Notes: a model not told the origin generated them from the sequence alone. Positions 9,390 to 22,487 are shown, numbered from the stretch's first letter. The stretch is 64,000 nucleotides of DNA from Amaricoccus sp. (GCA_044225035.1 JBGAJI010000007.1:4617-68616); one strand, 5' to 3'. Numbers and translations are program-made.

Positions 9390-9569
9390 CGGATCGCGCC
9401 CGACGGCCCTTGCCGCGCGCGGAGCCTTGGGCGGGCGACGCCGCGCCGGCGTGGACAGCGGCGCTCAGGGAGGCTAACACCGCTGCTTGATCGAGGCTTG
9501 GCGGCGGACGCCCGGCGTGGCCCGCGGGGGTCCGGACATCCCGCGAACGGACAGATTGAGAAGCGACAG

Positions 9570-12242
<2,673 letters not shown>

Positions 12243-12244
12243 AA

Positions 12245-12529
12245 ATGCCGGCCTTCTGGATCGCCCATGTCTCCGTTTCCGATGAAGCCGCCTATGGCGA
12301 ATATGCCAAGCGCGCCACCGGCGTGATCGCCGCGCATGGCGGCGAGTTCCTGGCCCGCGGCGGTCGCCACAAGCAGATGGAAGGCCGCGACCGGCCCCGC
12401 AATGTCGTGGTCCGGTTCCCGAGCCTGGAAGCGGCCGAGGCCTGCTATAATTCCGCCGCCTATCAGGAGGCGCTGAGCTTCGCCCGCGGCGCGTCCGAGC
12501 GCGACCTGGTGCTGGTCGAGGCGCTCTGA
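12245..12529 (+). CDS. DUF1330 protein
   Basis: AHGGEFLARGG...RNVVVRFPSLEAAEACYNSAAYQ. Confidence 0.9.
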   Translation: MPAFWIAHVSVSDEAAYGEYAKRATGVIAAHGGEFLARGGRHKQMEGRDRPRNVVVRFPSLEAAEACYNSAAYQEALSFARGASERDLVLVEAL

Positions 12530-12557
12530 CCTTCCGCGCGGGGGCGGCGGCGGGCGC

Positions 12558-13187
12558 CTACATGCCGATATATCGGTCGCGGCGGTGGTTGATCGCGATG
12601 ACGAGGTTCAGCGTCACCGCGCCGATCAGGGAATAGGCCACGGCGCGCGACGGCAGGGTGAAGACGGCGAGCAGGAACAGCACGCCGTCGAACAGCATCT
12701 GCGTCCAGCCGGCGCGGAAGCCGAACCTTTCCTGCAGATAGATCGCCAGCACGCCCATGCCGCCGAGGCTGGCGCGGTGGCGATAGACGGCGAGCACCCC
12801 GAGGCCGGCGGCCATGCCGGCGAGGATCGCGCCGGTCAGCGGCTCGACATAGCCGAAGCTGAGGAGGCGCGGCGCCACCATCGTCATCAGCGACAGCATT
12901 CCGACGGCGAGCAGCGACTTCGCCGTGAACCGCGGTCCCATCCGGGTCCAGGCCAGCCAGTAGAACGGCAGGTTCAGCACGAAAAAGACCGGGCCGAAAT
13001 CGAGCCCGGTCCAGACGGAGATGAGCAGGGCGAGACCGGCCATCTGACCGGTCACGAAGCCGAGATGTTGCAGCAGGGTGAGACCCAGGGCCGTCATCGA
13101 GGTGCCGATGAACAGGCCCTGGGCATCTTCCAGCCGGGAGTGCCGGCTGGAGGGCGGCTCCTCCGCCGCCCCCGCGTCGCGTGGCAC
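12558..13187 (-). CDS. YitT family membrane protein
   Basis: GFVTGQMAGLALL, NLPFY, HRASLGG, NHRRDRYIG. Start placed at GTG 13187 to avoid overlap with icd. Confidence 0.85.
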   Translation of the reverse strand: MPRDAGAAEEPPSSRHSRLEDAQGLFIGTSMTALGLTLLQHLGFVTGQMAGLALLISVWTGLDFGPVFFVLNLPFYWLAWTRMGPRFTAKSLLAVGMLSLMTMVAPRLLSFGYVEPLTGAILAGMAAGLGVLAVYRHRASLGGMGVLAIYLQERFGFRAGWTQMLFDGVLFLLAVFTLPSRAVAYSLIGAVTLNLVIAINHRRDRYIGM

Positions 13188-13195
13188 CGGCCAGA

Positions 13196-14410
13196 TCAGC
13201 CGGCGAGCGCCTTGTTCAGGTTCTCGTCCACCTTTTCGAGCCAGCCCTGGGTGGTCAGCCACTTCTGATCCGGCCCGACGAGCAGCGCGAGATCCTTGGT
13301 CATGTCACCGGATTCGACGGTTGCGACCACGACCTTTTCCAGCGTCTCGGCGAAGCGGGCGAGCGCGGCGTTGTCGTCGAGCTTCGCGCGGTGCTTCAGG
13401 CCGCCGGTCCAAGCATAGATCGAGGCGACCGAGTTGGTCGAGGTCGCGTTGCCCTTCTGATGCTCGCGGTAGTGGCGGGTCACCGTGCCGTGCGCCGCCT
13501 CGGCCTCGACGGTCTTGCCGTCCGGCGTCATCAGGACCGAGGTCATCAGCCCGAGCGAGCCGAAACCCTGCGCGACGGTGTCGGACTGCACGTCGCCATC
13601 GTAGTTCTTGCAGGCCCAGACATAGCCGCCGGACCATTTGAGCGCCGAGGCGACCATGTCGTCGATCAGCCGGTGTTCGTAGGTGATGCCCTTGGCCTTG
13701 AACTTGTCGGCGAATTCCTCGTCGAACACCTGCTGGAACAGATCCTTGAACCGGCCGTCATAGGCCTTGAGAATGGTGTTCTTGGTCGAGAGATAGACCG
13801 GCCAGCCGAGATTGAGGCCGTAGTTCATCGAGGCGCGGGCGAAGTCGCGGATCGAATCGTCGAGATTGTACATGCCCATGACGACGCCGGCCGAGGGCGC
13901 CTCGTAGACGTCGCGCTCGATCTTCGTTCCGTCCTCGCCGACGAAGGTCAGCGTCAGCTTGCCCTTGCCGGGGAAGCGGAAGTCGGTCGCGCGATACTGG
14001 TCGCCGAAGGCGTGGCGGCCGACGACGATCGGCTTGGTCCAGCCCGGCACCAGGCGCGGAACGTTCTTGCAGATGATCGGCTGGCGGAAGATCGTGCCGC
14101 CGAGGATGTTGCGGATCGTGCCATTCGGCGACTTCCACATCTGTTTCAGGCCAAATTCCTCGACGCGGGCCTCGTCGGGGGTGATCGTCGCGCATTTGAC
14201 GCCGACGCCATACTTCAGGATCGCATTCGCGGAATCGATCGTGATCTGGTCGTTGGTTCGGTCGCGCTCCTCGATGCCGAGGTCATAGTATTTCAGGTCG
14301 ATGTCGAGATAGGGCAGGATCAGCTTCTGCTTGATGAAATCCCAGATGATCCGGGTCATCTCATCGCCATCGAGTTCGACGACCGGGTTGGCGACTTTGA
14401 TCTTGCTCAT
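13196..14410 (-). CDS. icd: NADP-dependent isocitrate dehydrogenase
   Basis: [51 protein letters not shown]. Confidence 0.98.
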   Translation of the reverse strand: MSKIKVANPVVELDGDEMTRIIWDFIKQKLILPYLDIDLKYYDLGIEERDRTNDQITIDSANAILKYGVGVKCATITPDEARVEEFGLKQMWKSPNGTIRNILGGTIFRQPIICKNVPRLVPGWTKPIVVGRHAFGDQYRATDFRFPGKGKLTLTFVGEDGTKIERDVYEAPSAGVVMGMYNLDDSIRDFARASMNYGLNLGWPVYLSTKNTILKAYDGRFKDLFQQVFDEEFADKFKAKGITYEHRLIDDMVASALKWSGGYVWACKNYDGDVQSDTVAQGFGSLGLMTSVLMTPDGKTVEAEAAHGTVTRHYREHQKGNATSTNSVASIYAWTGGLKHRAKLDDNAALARFAETLEKVVVATVESGDMTKDLALLVGPDQKWLTTQGWLEKVDENLNKALAG

Positions 14411-14580
14411 CGTAGAGTGTCCCTCGGTTCTGAAGCGCGGTTGTGGAATCGTCCGACTGCTAGCCTATATCGCAGCGGTAGGAAAGACAGGTATACCGAA
14501 GCATACCAAAATAGGGGGTGGCTTGTGGGGCCCGGCGCGTCGGGGTAAGAGGCGCGCCCGAAGACGAGCGGGGTGAACGG

Positions 14581-15357
14581 GTGGCAGGCACGGATCGCGG
14601 CGCGGACCTCGGCGCGACCGGAGTGGAAGGGCCGACCTTCATCCTCGTCGCGCCGCAGATGGGCGAGAACATCGGCGCGGCGGCGCGGGCGATGTGGAAC
14701 TTCGGCCTCGACCGGATGCGGCTCGTCGCGCCGCGCGACGGCTGGCCGAACCCGCGGGCGGTGGCGATGGCAAGCGGCGCGGCGCATGTGCTCGATCGCG
14801 CGACCGTGCATGACACGGTGCTCGAAGCCGGCGCGGATCTCACCTTCGTCTTCGCCACCACGGCGCGCGACAGGGCGCTGACCAAGGTGGTGATGACGCC
14901 CGAGCAGGCGATGGCCGAGGCGCGGGCGATGAGCGCGGCGGGCGAGCGGGTCGGCATTCTCTTCGGCCCGGAGCGGGCGGGGCTGGAAAACGCCGACATC
15001 GTCCGGGCGAACGCGGTGATCTCGGTTCCGGTGAACCCCGCCTTCGGCTCGCTGAACCTCGGGCAGAGCGCGCTGCTCATCGCCTATGAATGGATGCGCC
15101 AGAACGATGCGACGCCGCCCGCCACCTACGTCCTCGCCGGGGCGGAGCGGGCGACGGGGATCGAGATCGAGAAGTTCCTCGAGCATCTGGTGGACCGGCT
15201 CGACGCCGTCGGCTTCTTCTTCCCCGAGCACAAGCGCCCGCACATGGTGGCCAGTCTCGAAAACCTGTTCCGCCGCGCGCCCTTGACCGACGCGGACATC
15301 CGGACGCTGCACGGCATCGTCCGCGCGCTCGCCGTCAAGGTGCCGGGGCGGAAATGA
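14581..15357 (+). CDS. trmJ: SPOUT tRNA methyltransferase TrmJ/LasT family
   Basis: PQMGENIGAAARAMWNFG, LFGPERAGLEN, SLNLGQ; start uncertain. Confidence 0.85.
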   Translation: MAGTDRGADLGATGVEGPTFILVAPQMGENIGAAARAMWNFGLDRMRLVAPRDGWPNPRAVAMASGAAHVLDRATVHDTVLEAGADLTFVFATTARDRALTKVVMTPEQAMAEARAMSAAGERVGILFGPERAGLENADIVRANAVISVPVNPAFGSLNLGQSALLIAYEWMRQNDATPPATYVLAGAERATGIEIEKFLEHLVDRLDAVGFFFPEHKRPHMVASLENLFRRAPLTDADIRTLHGIVRALAVKVPGRK

Positions 15358-15416
15358 CGCTTGCCGGATCGGGATGCCGCGCCTAAATCCGGGGCCTGCC
15401 CGCCCGGAGGCCAGCG

Positions 15417-16553
15417 ATGAGCAAGACCCCCCGCAGCATCTTCGAGGAGGTCGGCGCCGCGGCGCCGCCACCCGCCGCGCCCGCCTCGACGCGCCGTCCG
15501 CCGGCCGAGCGGCGCGCGATCTCGGTCTGGCTGATGCTGCTCTTCCTCCTGGTCGCGGCGATGATCGCGGTCGGCGGCCTGACGCGGCTGACCGATTCCG
15601 GGCTGTCGATCACCGAATGGCGCCCCGTCACCGGCGCGCTGCCGCCGATGGACGAGGCGGCCTGGACGGCGGAGTTCGAGAAATACCGGGCGACGCCGCA
15701 GGCGGGCATCCTCAATCCGGACATGACGCTCGACGCCTTCAAATCGATCTACTGGTGGGAATGGGGCCACCGCCAGCTTGGCCGGCTGATCGGCGCGGTC
15801 TGGGCGCTCGGCTTCCTCTGGTTCCTCGTCCGGCGGCGGATTCCCGTCGGCTGGACGCCGCGACTGCTCGCGCTCGGCCTGCTCGGTGGCGCGCAAGGCG
15901 CGATCGGCTGGTGGATGGTCGCCTCCGGCCTGATCGGCGAGATGACCAGCGTCGCCTCCTACCGCCTCGCGATCCATCTCGGCCTCGCCTTCGCCATCCT
16001 CGGGCTCATAACGTGGTTCGTCCTGTCGCTGCGGCGCGAGGAGGCGGATCTGCTGCGCGCGCGCCGGCAGCGGAACGAAGGGCTGATGGCATGGGGCACC
16101 GTGCTGGTTCTCGTCGCCTTCGCGCAGGTGGTGCTCGGCGCGCTGGTCGCCGGTATCGACGCGGGTCGCGCCTATCCGGAATGGCCCCTGATGGCGGGCC
16201 AGTTCGTTCCGCCCGGCGCCTTGGAGCTTGAGCCTCTCTGGCGCAACTTCCTCGACAATCCGGGCCTCGCGCAGTTCAACCACCGGATGGTCGGCTATCT
16301 CCTCCTCCTGCTGATCGCCGTCGCCTTCTGGCGCGCCCGGACCAGCGCGCTCGCCTCGCTGCGCCGCGCCTTCGCGGGGGTGTTGCACATGGGGTTGCTG
16401 CAAGTGGCGCTCGGCATCGCGACGGTGCTCTACGCGGCGCCCCCGCACGTCGCCCTGACGCATCAGCTTGGCGCGGTGGTGCTTTTCACGCTGATCGTGC
16501 GGGCGCGCTTCACGGCGCTCTATCCGCCGGCGCAGCGCATCGCGAGGGGTTAA
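15417..16553 (+). CDS. ctaA: Heme A synthase (COX15/CtaA)
   Basis: [38 protein letters not shown]. Confidence 0.95.
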   Translation: MSKTPRSIFEEVGAAAPPPAAPASTRRPPAERRAISVWLMLLFLLVAAMIAVGGLTRLTDSGLSITEWRPVTGALPPMDEAAWTAEFEKYRATPQAGILNPDMTLDAFKSIYWWEWGHRQLGRLIGAVWALGFLWFLVRRRIPVGWTPRLLALGLLGGAQGAIGWWMVASGLIGEMTSVASYRLAIHLGLAFAILGLITWFVLSLRREEADLLRARRQRNEGLMAWGTVLVLVAFAQVVLGALVAGIDAGRAYPEWPLMAGQFVPPGALELEPLWRNFLDNPGLAQFNHRMVGYLLLLLIAVAFWRARTSALASLRRAFAGVLHMGLLQVALGIATVLYAAPPHVALTHQLGAVVLFTLIVRARFTALYPPAQRIARG

Positions 16554-16556
16554 CAC

Positions 16557-17483
16557 ATGGCGCCGATCGTTTCCGTCGAGGGTGCGCGCAAGGTCTATGG
16601 CTCCGGCCTCGAGGCGCTGCGCGGCGTCGATCTCGCCATCGAGGAGGGCGAGATTCTGGCGCTGCTCGGGCCGAACGGCGCGGGCAAGACCACGCTCATC
16701 TCGACGGTCTGCGGCATCACCTCGCTGACCTCGGGCCGGATCACCGTCGGCGGGCACGACGTCGTCACCGACTATCGCCGGGCGCGATCACTGATCGGGC
16801 TGGTGCCGCAGGAGGTGAAGCTCGAAATCTTCGAGACGGTGATGAATACCACCCGCTTTTCGCGCGGGCTGTTCGGCAAGCCGGCCGACGACGCCTATCT
16901 GGAGGAACTGCTGCGCCGCCTCAAGCTCTGGGACAAGCGGGACGCGGCGATCAAGGAACTGTCCGGCGGCATGATGCGCCGCGTGCTGATCGCCAAGGCG
17001 CTGTCGCACCAGCCCCGCGTGCTGTTTCTCGACGAGCCGACGGCGGGCGTCGACGTCGAACTGCGCAAGAGCATGTGGGACATCGTCCGCGACCTGCGCG
17101 CCAACGGCACGACGATCATCCTGACCACGCACTACATCGAGGAGGCGGAGGCGATCGCCGACCGCGTGGGCGTGATCAACGGCGGCCGCGTTCTGCTCGT
17201 CGAGGACAAGGACACGCTCATGTCCCGAATGGGCCGCAAGCGCCTGACCATCGAACTGCGCGCGCCGATCACGGCCGTGCCGGCGTCGCTCGCGGACTAT
17301 GGCCTCGTGCTCGGGGCGGACGGCTGCGAGCTCGAATATTCCTACGACACCGGCGCGGCGCGGACCGGCATCGCCTCGCTGCTGCGCGACCTGAGCGCGT
17401 CGGGCATCATCCTGCGCGACCTGCGGACCGAACAGGATTCGCTGGAAGACATCTTCGTCAACCTGGTGAGAGAGGACGCATGA
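16557..17483 (+). CDS. ABC-2 transporter ATP-binding protein (YadG-like)
   Basis: [39 protein letters not shown]. Confidence 0.92.
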   Translation: MAPIVSVEGARKVYGSGLEALRGVDLAIEEGEILALLGPNGAGKTTLISTVCGITSLTSGRITVGGHDVVTDYRRARSLIGLVPQEVKLEIFETVMNTTRFSRGLFGKPADDAYLEELLRRLKLWDKRDAAIKELSGGMMRRVLIAKALSHQPRVLFLDEPTAGVDVELRKSMWDIVRDLRANGTTIILTTHYIEEAEAIADRVGVINGGRVLLVEDKDTLMSRMGRKRLTIELRAPITAVPASLADYGLVLGADGCELEYSYDTGAARTGIASLLRDLSASGIILRDLRTEQDSLEDIFVNLVREDA

Positions 17484-18241
17484 ACGGCCGCGCGATCTGG
17501 GCGATCTACTACAAGGAAATGGCGCGGACCTTCCGGACGCTGCTGCAGAGCCTCGTATCGCCGGTCATCTCGACCTCGCTCTATTTCGTGGTGTTCGGCG
17601 CCGCGATCGGCGGGCGGATCCAGGAGGTCGAAGGCATCGCCTACGGCGCCTTCATCGTGCCCGGCCTCATCATGCTGACGGTGCTGACCCAGAGCATCAG
17701 CAACGCGTCGTTCGGCATCTATTTTCCGAAGTTCGTCGGGACGATCTACGAGCTCCTGTCGGCGCCGATCTCGTACCTCGAGCTCGTCATCGGCTATGTC
17801 GGCGCGGCGGCGACCAAGGCCTTCGCCATTGGCGCAATCATCTACCTCACCGCCAATCTCTTCGTCACGCTGCCCGTCAAGCATCCGATCTGGATGCTCG
17901 GCTTTCTCGCGCTGACCTGCGTCAGCTTCAGCCTCTTCGGCTTCATCATCGGCATGTGGGCGAAGAATTTCGAGCAGTTGCAGCTCGTTCCGATGCTGAT
18001 CGTTTCGCCGCTGGTGTTCCTCGGCGGCGCCTTCTACTCGATCGACATGCTGCCCGGGGTCTGGCGGACGGTCGCGCTGTTCAATCCGGTCGTCTATCTG
18101 ATCTCCGGCTTTCGCTGGTCGTTCTTCGGCCTGTCGGATGTCGGCGTCGGCGTGAGTCTCGTCGCCATTCTCGCCTTCACGCTCGCCTGTCTCGCCGTGA
18201 TCGGCTGGATGTTCCGCACCGGCTACAAGATCCGCGACTGA
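17480..18241 (+). CDS. ABC-2 transporter permease (YadH-like)
   Basis: [37 protein letters not shown]; overlaps the upstream stop codon. Confidence 0.92.
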   Translation: MNGRAIWAIYYKEMARTFRTLLQSLVSPVISTSLYFVVFGAAIGGRIQEVEGIAYGAFIVPGLIMLTVLTQSISNASFGIYFPKFVGTIYELLSAPISYLELVIGYVGAAATKAFAIGAIIYLTANLFVTLPVKHPIWMLGFLALTCVSFSLFGFIIGMWAKNFEQLQLVPMLIVSPLVFLGGAFYSIDMLPGVWRTVALFNPVVYLISGFRWSFFGLSDVGVGVSLVAILAFTLACLAVIGWMFRTGYKIRD

Positions 18242-18341
18242 GCCCGCGCGACCTTCGACAAAGGTCGCAGGCGCGCGGCTGGCCGATTGCCGCCGCCGAG
18301 CCAATGGCTAGACTCCGCGCAGTCGTCGGGAGAGTCGAAAA

Positions 18342-19019
18342 ATGCCGCTTCATCCGCTCAAGGGCCTCGCCATCGCCGGGATGCTCACGCTCGGGGCCTT
18401 TTCGGCGCTGGCGGGCGAGGCGCAGGATCGGCTGTTCGCGCTGGGCGTCCTGAAGCCGCTCGCGACCGGCGAGGAGCTGGTCTATGGCTTCGAGCGGAAG
18501 GGCGACTTTCCGCCCGGCAAGCTCAGCGTAGTCAGCGACGGCGTGGCGCGGCTCGACATGCGCGCGGGTGCCGACGGCAAGCGCGAGGTCGTCGTCGCGC
18601 TGAACGACGGCGCGCGGAACGAGACCTTCGACCCGTTTCCCGCCGACGCCGGCAATCCCATGTTCATGGTCTTCATGGAGCAGAACGTGCGGGCCATGGC
18701 CGCCCTGACCGGCGGCAGCCCGTTCTATATCCGCAACCGGATGCGCGAGGCGCTGGGCAACCAGGACAGCGTGACGCCCGTCGATGCGACATTCGATGGC
18801 CAGACCGTTCCCGCCCGGCGCGTCAGCTTCAAGCCTTTCACCGGGGACGGCAATCGCGAGAAGATGGGCCCCTTCGCACAGCTGGAGATCAGCTTCGTGA
18901 TGAGCGACGCGGTGCCGGGGGAGTTCGTCTCGATGGAATCGGTGACCGGACCCGGCCCGAACGGCGAGCCGCTGATGCGGCTCGCGGTTCATCTCGACGC
19001 GGTGAAAAAGGGGGACTGA
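18342..19019 (+). CDS. Exported hypothetical protein at the xox island edge
   Basis: Sec-type signal (..GAFSALA); conserved-looking block GNPMFMVFMEQNVRAMAALTGGSPFYIRNRMREAL; coding-like codon usage. Confidence 0.75.
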   Translation: MPLHPLKGLAIAGMLTLGAFSALAGEAQDRLFALGVLKPLATGEELVYGFERKGDFPPGKLSVVSDGVARLDMRAGADGKREVVVALNDGARNETFDPFPADAGNPMFMVFMEQNVRAMAALTGGSPFYIRNRMREALGNQDSVTPVDATFDGQTVPARRVSFKPFTGDGNREKMGPFAQLEISFVMSDAVPGEFVSMESVTGPGPNGEPLMRLAVHLDAVKKGD

Positions 19020-19020
19020 G

Positions 19021-19374
19021 ATGCGCCGCCTCGCAGTGTCCGCTGTTCTTCTGACCGCGGTCTTCGGGTCGCCGGTATCCGCGCAACAGGCGGGCCTGGC
19101 GAACGACTATCCGACCGAGGCGCGGGCGGACTATGTCTTTGTCTGCATGGCGACCAACGGCCAGACGCGGGAGGCGCTGCGCCGCTGTTCTTGCTCGATC
19201 GACGTCATCGCCTCGATCCTGCCCTATGAACGCTATGTCGATGCCGAGACCGTGCTCTCGATGCGCCAGGTCTCGGGCGAGCGGGTGGGCATGATGCGCG
19301 ACGCCGCCGGTGCCAACGAATTCGTGCGCGACCTGCGCCGCGCCCAGGCCGAGGGCGATGTGCGCTGCTTCTGA
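19021..19374 (+). CDS. Small exported 4-Cys hypothetical protein
   Basis: Signal peptide; NDYPTEARADYVFVCM...CSCSID...RCF; starts 1 bp after the previous stop. Confidence 0.78.
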   Translation: MRRLAVSAVLLTAVFGSPVSAQQAGLANDYPTEARADYVFVCMATNGQTREALRRCSCSIDVIASILPYERYVDAETVLSMRQVSGERVGMMRDAAGANEFVRDLRRAQAEGDVRCF

Positions 19375-19384
19375 CCCGGCGCTT

Positions 19385-20197
19385 CTAGCTGCCGAGCGGG
19401 AAGCTCGCGTCGAAGACGCCGCCGTCGGTGTCGGTCGCATGCACCTCCAGCGCCTCGCCGCCGCCGGAATCGGTGTAGCGGAAGCGGAAGGTGGGATCCT
19501 CGCTGATCGAGATGCCGCCCTCCATGCGGAACAGCAGGTCCGGCCCCTGCCGCACCTCCATCAGGTTCACGAACCGCGCCGGCACCAGCAGATGGGTCAG
19601 CTGGTTGCGCTGCAAGCCGGAATAGTTCGGATGCCGCAGCATGACCTGCGCCTCGCGCCGCGCGCCCGCCTGCGAGGGCGTGGCGTCGAACCATCGGGTC
19701 TTCATCTTGCCGAGCGCGGCCAGCGCCTCGGCCGCGTCCTTGGAGGCGGGGGCGGAGCAGCCGCCAGCCGCCTTGACGAAACGTCCGGTCATGTGAAGCT
19801 GGCCGTCCGCCGTCTCGGCGATCGCGCGCACGTTGGAATAGGAATTGACCCGGACCCGGGTTTCGAGATCGAGCGGACCCATCGCCGGGCCGAAGTCGAA
19901 CACCGCGACGACGGGCGCCGGGTTCTCGTCGACGACCAGCGTCAGGCGGGTGATGGTCGCGGTGCCTTCCTTTTGCGTTATGTGGATCGGGACGATGGCC
20001 GCGTCCTGCGCCCGCGTCGGCGCCTCCAGCTGGAACAGGTCCGCGCCGTCGGCGATGGGGCCGTCGCCGACCACGTCGACCTTGATCTCGTCCCAGGTCG
20101 GGCTCGGCGCCAGAGGGGCGATCGGCGCCTCGTCCGCGAGCGCGGGCAGGGGCAGCAGCAGGGCGACGAACGCGGCGATCCAGAGCGGCGGGGTCAT
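19385..20197 (-). CDS. Quinoprotein dehydrogenase-associated SoxYZ-like carrier
   Basis: Signal peptide; SoxY-like VDENPAPVVA..TRVRVN..VKAAGGCSAP fused to SoxZ-like HPNYSGLQ..ISISEDP. Confidence 0.88.
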   Translation of the reverse strand: MTPPLWIAAFVALLLPLPALADEAPIAPLAPSPTWDEIKVDVVGDGPIADGADLFQLEAPTRAQDAAIVPIHITQKEGTATITRLTLVVDENPAPVVAVFDFGPAMGPLDLETRVRVNSYSNVRAIAETADGQLHMTGRFVKAAGGCSAPASKDAAEALAALGKMKTRWFDATPSQAGARREAQVMLRHPNYSGLQRNQLTHLLVPARFVNLMEVRQGPDLLFRMEGGISISEDPTFRFRYTDSGGGEALEVHATDTDGGVFDASFPLGS

Positions 20198-20274
20198 GGC
20201 ATGGCTTCCTTTTCCGGACCGCTAGTCTACGCCTTTCGGACCGGTGGCGACATGCGACGTTGGTGCGGCGCGCG

Positions 20275-21297
20275 ATGATCGAACTTCTCCTCGACCTCTG
20301 CCTGCGCGACGCGCCGGACAGCTGTGTCCGGCATCTCGTTCCGGGCGCCTGTGTCGAAGCGCGTGCCACCGACTGGGTGGCGGCGCACCCGTCCGCGGCG
20401 CTTCGGGGATGGTCCTGCGCCGATCCGGCGACGGCGATTCCGCCGCTCGCGGTGACAGAGGTGGCGCCCGGCGTCTTCGTCCATCGCGGCCGCGACGAGA
20501 TGCCGAGCCCGGAGAACGCCGGCGACGAGGCCAATATCGGCTTTGTCATCGGTCGCGACGCGGTGGCGGTGATCGACGCCGGCGGCGCGCGCGGCGTCGC
20601 CGAGGGGCTTTACGCCGCGATTCGTGCCCGCACCGACCTGCCGGTCCGCTGGGTGATCCTGACCCATATGCACCCCGACCATGTCATCGGCGCGGGGCTG
20701 TTCCGCGAGGCCGGCGCCACCGTCGTCGGCCACGCGCGCCTGCCCGACGCGCTGATGAACCGGAGGGATACCTATACCGAGGCCCTCGGGCGTCAGATCG
20801 GGCCGCTCGCCGCGCTCGGCGGGGACATCGTCCTGCCGGACGAGACGGTCGCGGATCGCCGCGAGATCGACCTCGGCGACCGCGTCCTGCTGCTCGAGGC
20901 GCATCCGACGGCGCATACCGACAACGACCTGACCGTGCTCGATACCACCACCGGGACCTGGTGGATGGGCGATCTGGTGTTCCAGCGTCACGCGCCCTCG
21001 GTGGACGGCTCGATCCTCGGCTGGATCGCCCTGCTCGACACACTGGCCGCGCGGCCGGCGGAGCATATCGTCCCGGGGCATGGCGACCCGTCCCTGCCCT
21101 GGCCGGAGGGGGCGGCGGCGACGCGGGGCTATCTCGGCGCGCTGGTCGCCGAGACGCGCGCGGCGCTGGCCGCGGGCGAGAGCCTGACCGATGCCGCGCC
21201 CCGGATCGGACAGGACCTGCGCGGCGACTGGCTGCTCTTCGACGATTTCAACGAACGGAACGCGACCGCCGTCTATCGCGAACTCGAATGGGAATAG
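20275..21297 (+). CDS. Quinoprotein relay system zinc metallohydrolase (MBL fold, SoxH-like)
   Basis: ANIGFVIG, THMHPDH, AHTDNDL, PGHG, C-terminal ELEWE; divergent from the SoxYZ-like gene. Confidence 0.88.
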   Translation: MIELLLDLCLRDAPDSCVRHLVPGACVEARATDWVAAHPSAALRGWSCADPATAIPPLAVTEVAPGVFVHRGRDEMPSPENAGDEANIGFVIGRDAVAVIDAGGARGVAEGLYAAIRARTDLPVRWVILTHMHPDHVIGAGLFREAGATVVGHARLPDALMNRRDTYTEALGRQIGPLAALGGDIVLPDETVADRREIDLGDRVLLLEAHPTAHTDNDLTVLDTTTGTWWMGDLVFQRHAPSVDGSILGWIALLDTLAARPAEHIVPGHGDPSLPWPEGAAATRGYLGALVAETRAALAAGESLTDAAPRIGQDLRGDWLLFDDFNERNATAVYRELEWE

Positions 21298-21930
21298 TCA
21301 GCTCGCCGCCGCGAGGATTCGCGCGATGGCAAAGGCCCGCTGCTCCAGCAGGACCGGCGTCTCGCAGACATAGGTCAGGGCCTGCGACCGCTCGCGATAG
21401 ACCCGGATGTCCCAGTTCAGCGTGTCGCGCAGCTCCTCGATCTTGTCGAGGTCGGGCTCCGGCGCCGCCTCCAGCGTCGCGATCTCGGCTTCGCGCTCCT
21501 TGATCCGGGCCGAGACATCCGCCTGCTTGTGCGCGTAGCGGCCGATCCCGGTGATGATCTGGCCCCGCTCGACATCGATCCGGTCGAGGACGCCAGCGAA
21601 GAGCAACGCCATGCGCGGCGCGCGCGCCTCGGCCGGCAGCTTGGCGGCGTAGGCGTCGGCCAGCGCCTTGACGTCGTCGAGCGAGGTGCGGCGGGCGGCG
21701 ACCACGTCGACCAGTCCGGCGAGCTCCGGGTCGTCGCGCCAGTCGCCTTCGGGCGGCGGCCCCGGCCACATCTGGCCGACCGACAGTGTCGGCACCTTGC
21801 GCTGGACGCAGGGCCAGTCCGGATCGTCGAAAGTCGCGGCCTCGGCGGGGGCGAACAAGGGTCCGAAGAGAAACGCGATCAAGACAACCGCCGCGACTCC
21901 GGCGCGCCACTGCCTATTTTTTGTGCTCAT
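21298..21930 (-). CDS. Exported hypothetical protein (DPDWPC motif)
   Basis: Signal peptide; DDPDWPCVQRKVP...LTYVCETPVLLEQR; helical and acidic. Confidence 0.78.
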   Translation of the reverse strand: MSTKNRQWRAGVAAVVLIAFLFGPLFAPAEAATFDDPDWPCVQRKVPTLSVGQMWPGPPPEGDWRDDPELAGLVDVVAARRTSLDDVKALADAYAAKLPAEARAPRMALLFAGVLDRIDVERGQIITGIGRYAHKQADVSARIKEREAEIATLEAAPEPDLDKIEELRDTLNWDIRVYRERSQALTYVCETPVLLEQRAFAIARILAAAS

Positions 21931-22080
21931 CCCAAGATTCCCCGCGGAACGAAGCCCGCGTCCGCCCGGACTTCTTGTCGGAGTCGCGCGGATGGCGGAC
22001 GATATTCGCCGAGGAAACGCTCAGGTGCGCTGAACCGCGACGGTCTCGGTTGTCGAGATCGATGGTAAGAGGAGCTGTGC

Positions 22081-22290
22081 ATGATCGAGCTTGTATTCAT
22101 CGTATGCCTCAAGACCAACCCGGCCGCCTGCGAGGAGCGCGTCCTTTCCTACCTGGCCCAGGACACTGGCCCAAGCATGTGCATGATCCGGGCCCAGCCC
22201 GAACTCGCGGCCTGGGCGGCGACCCATCCCGACTTCCAGATCGCGCACTGGAAGTGCCAGAATCCGGATCACCGCGACGTCGATATCTGA
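22081..22290 (+). CDS. Small 4-Cys protein paralogous to the N-terminus of the MBL hydrolase
   Basis: SD AGGAG upstream; MIEL..CL...P..C...C...W...HP...W.C pattern shared with the N-terminus of 20275..21297. Confidence 0.8.
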   Translation: MIELVFIVCLKTNPAACEERVLSYLAQDTGPSMCMIRAQPELAAWAATHPDFQIAHWKCQNPDHRDVDI

Positions 22291-22329
22291 CCTCCTGATC
22301 CTGACACAATCGGGCCGGCGCGCGCCAAT

Positions 22330-22344
22330 GGACTAAAGTCCAAT
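22330..22344. promoter_or_regulatory. Palindromic site GGACTAAAGTCCAAT upstream of flhA
   Basis: GGACT-AA-AGTCC inverted repeat; identical 15-mer at 27926-27940. Confidence 0.7.
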
Positions 22345-22487
22345 TCGGCCGGACCCGAAAAGGCTGTTACAGCGCCCAAACGAGCCCGATTGTGGCCGCG
22401 CCGCCGCCGCGTTTTAAGGTGCCAGCGCGCGGTCGTTCGCGCGGGAAAATCTCGGGACATCGGCCCGGGCCTATGGGAGGAACAGCC

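Noticed and set aside
9180-9569. 130-aa N-terminal extension of AlaS containing (IG)12
   Set aside because: The frame stays open because the repeat is a hexamer and GC is high. The AlaS-like sequence starts at ATG 9570, and the extension is Arg-rich and non-protein-like.
19385-21297. Thiosulfate-oxidising Sox pathway
   Set aside because: No soxA/X/B/C/D; the SoxY GGC is internal in a fusion and the context is xox.
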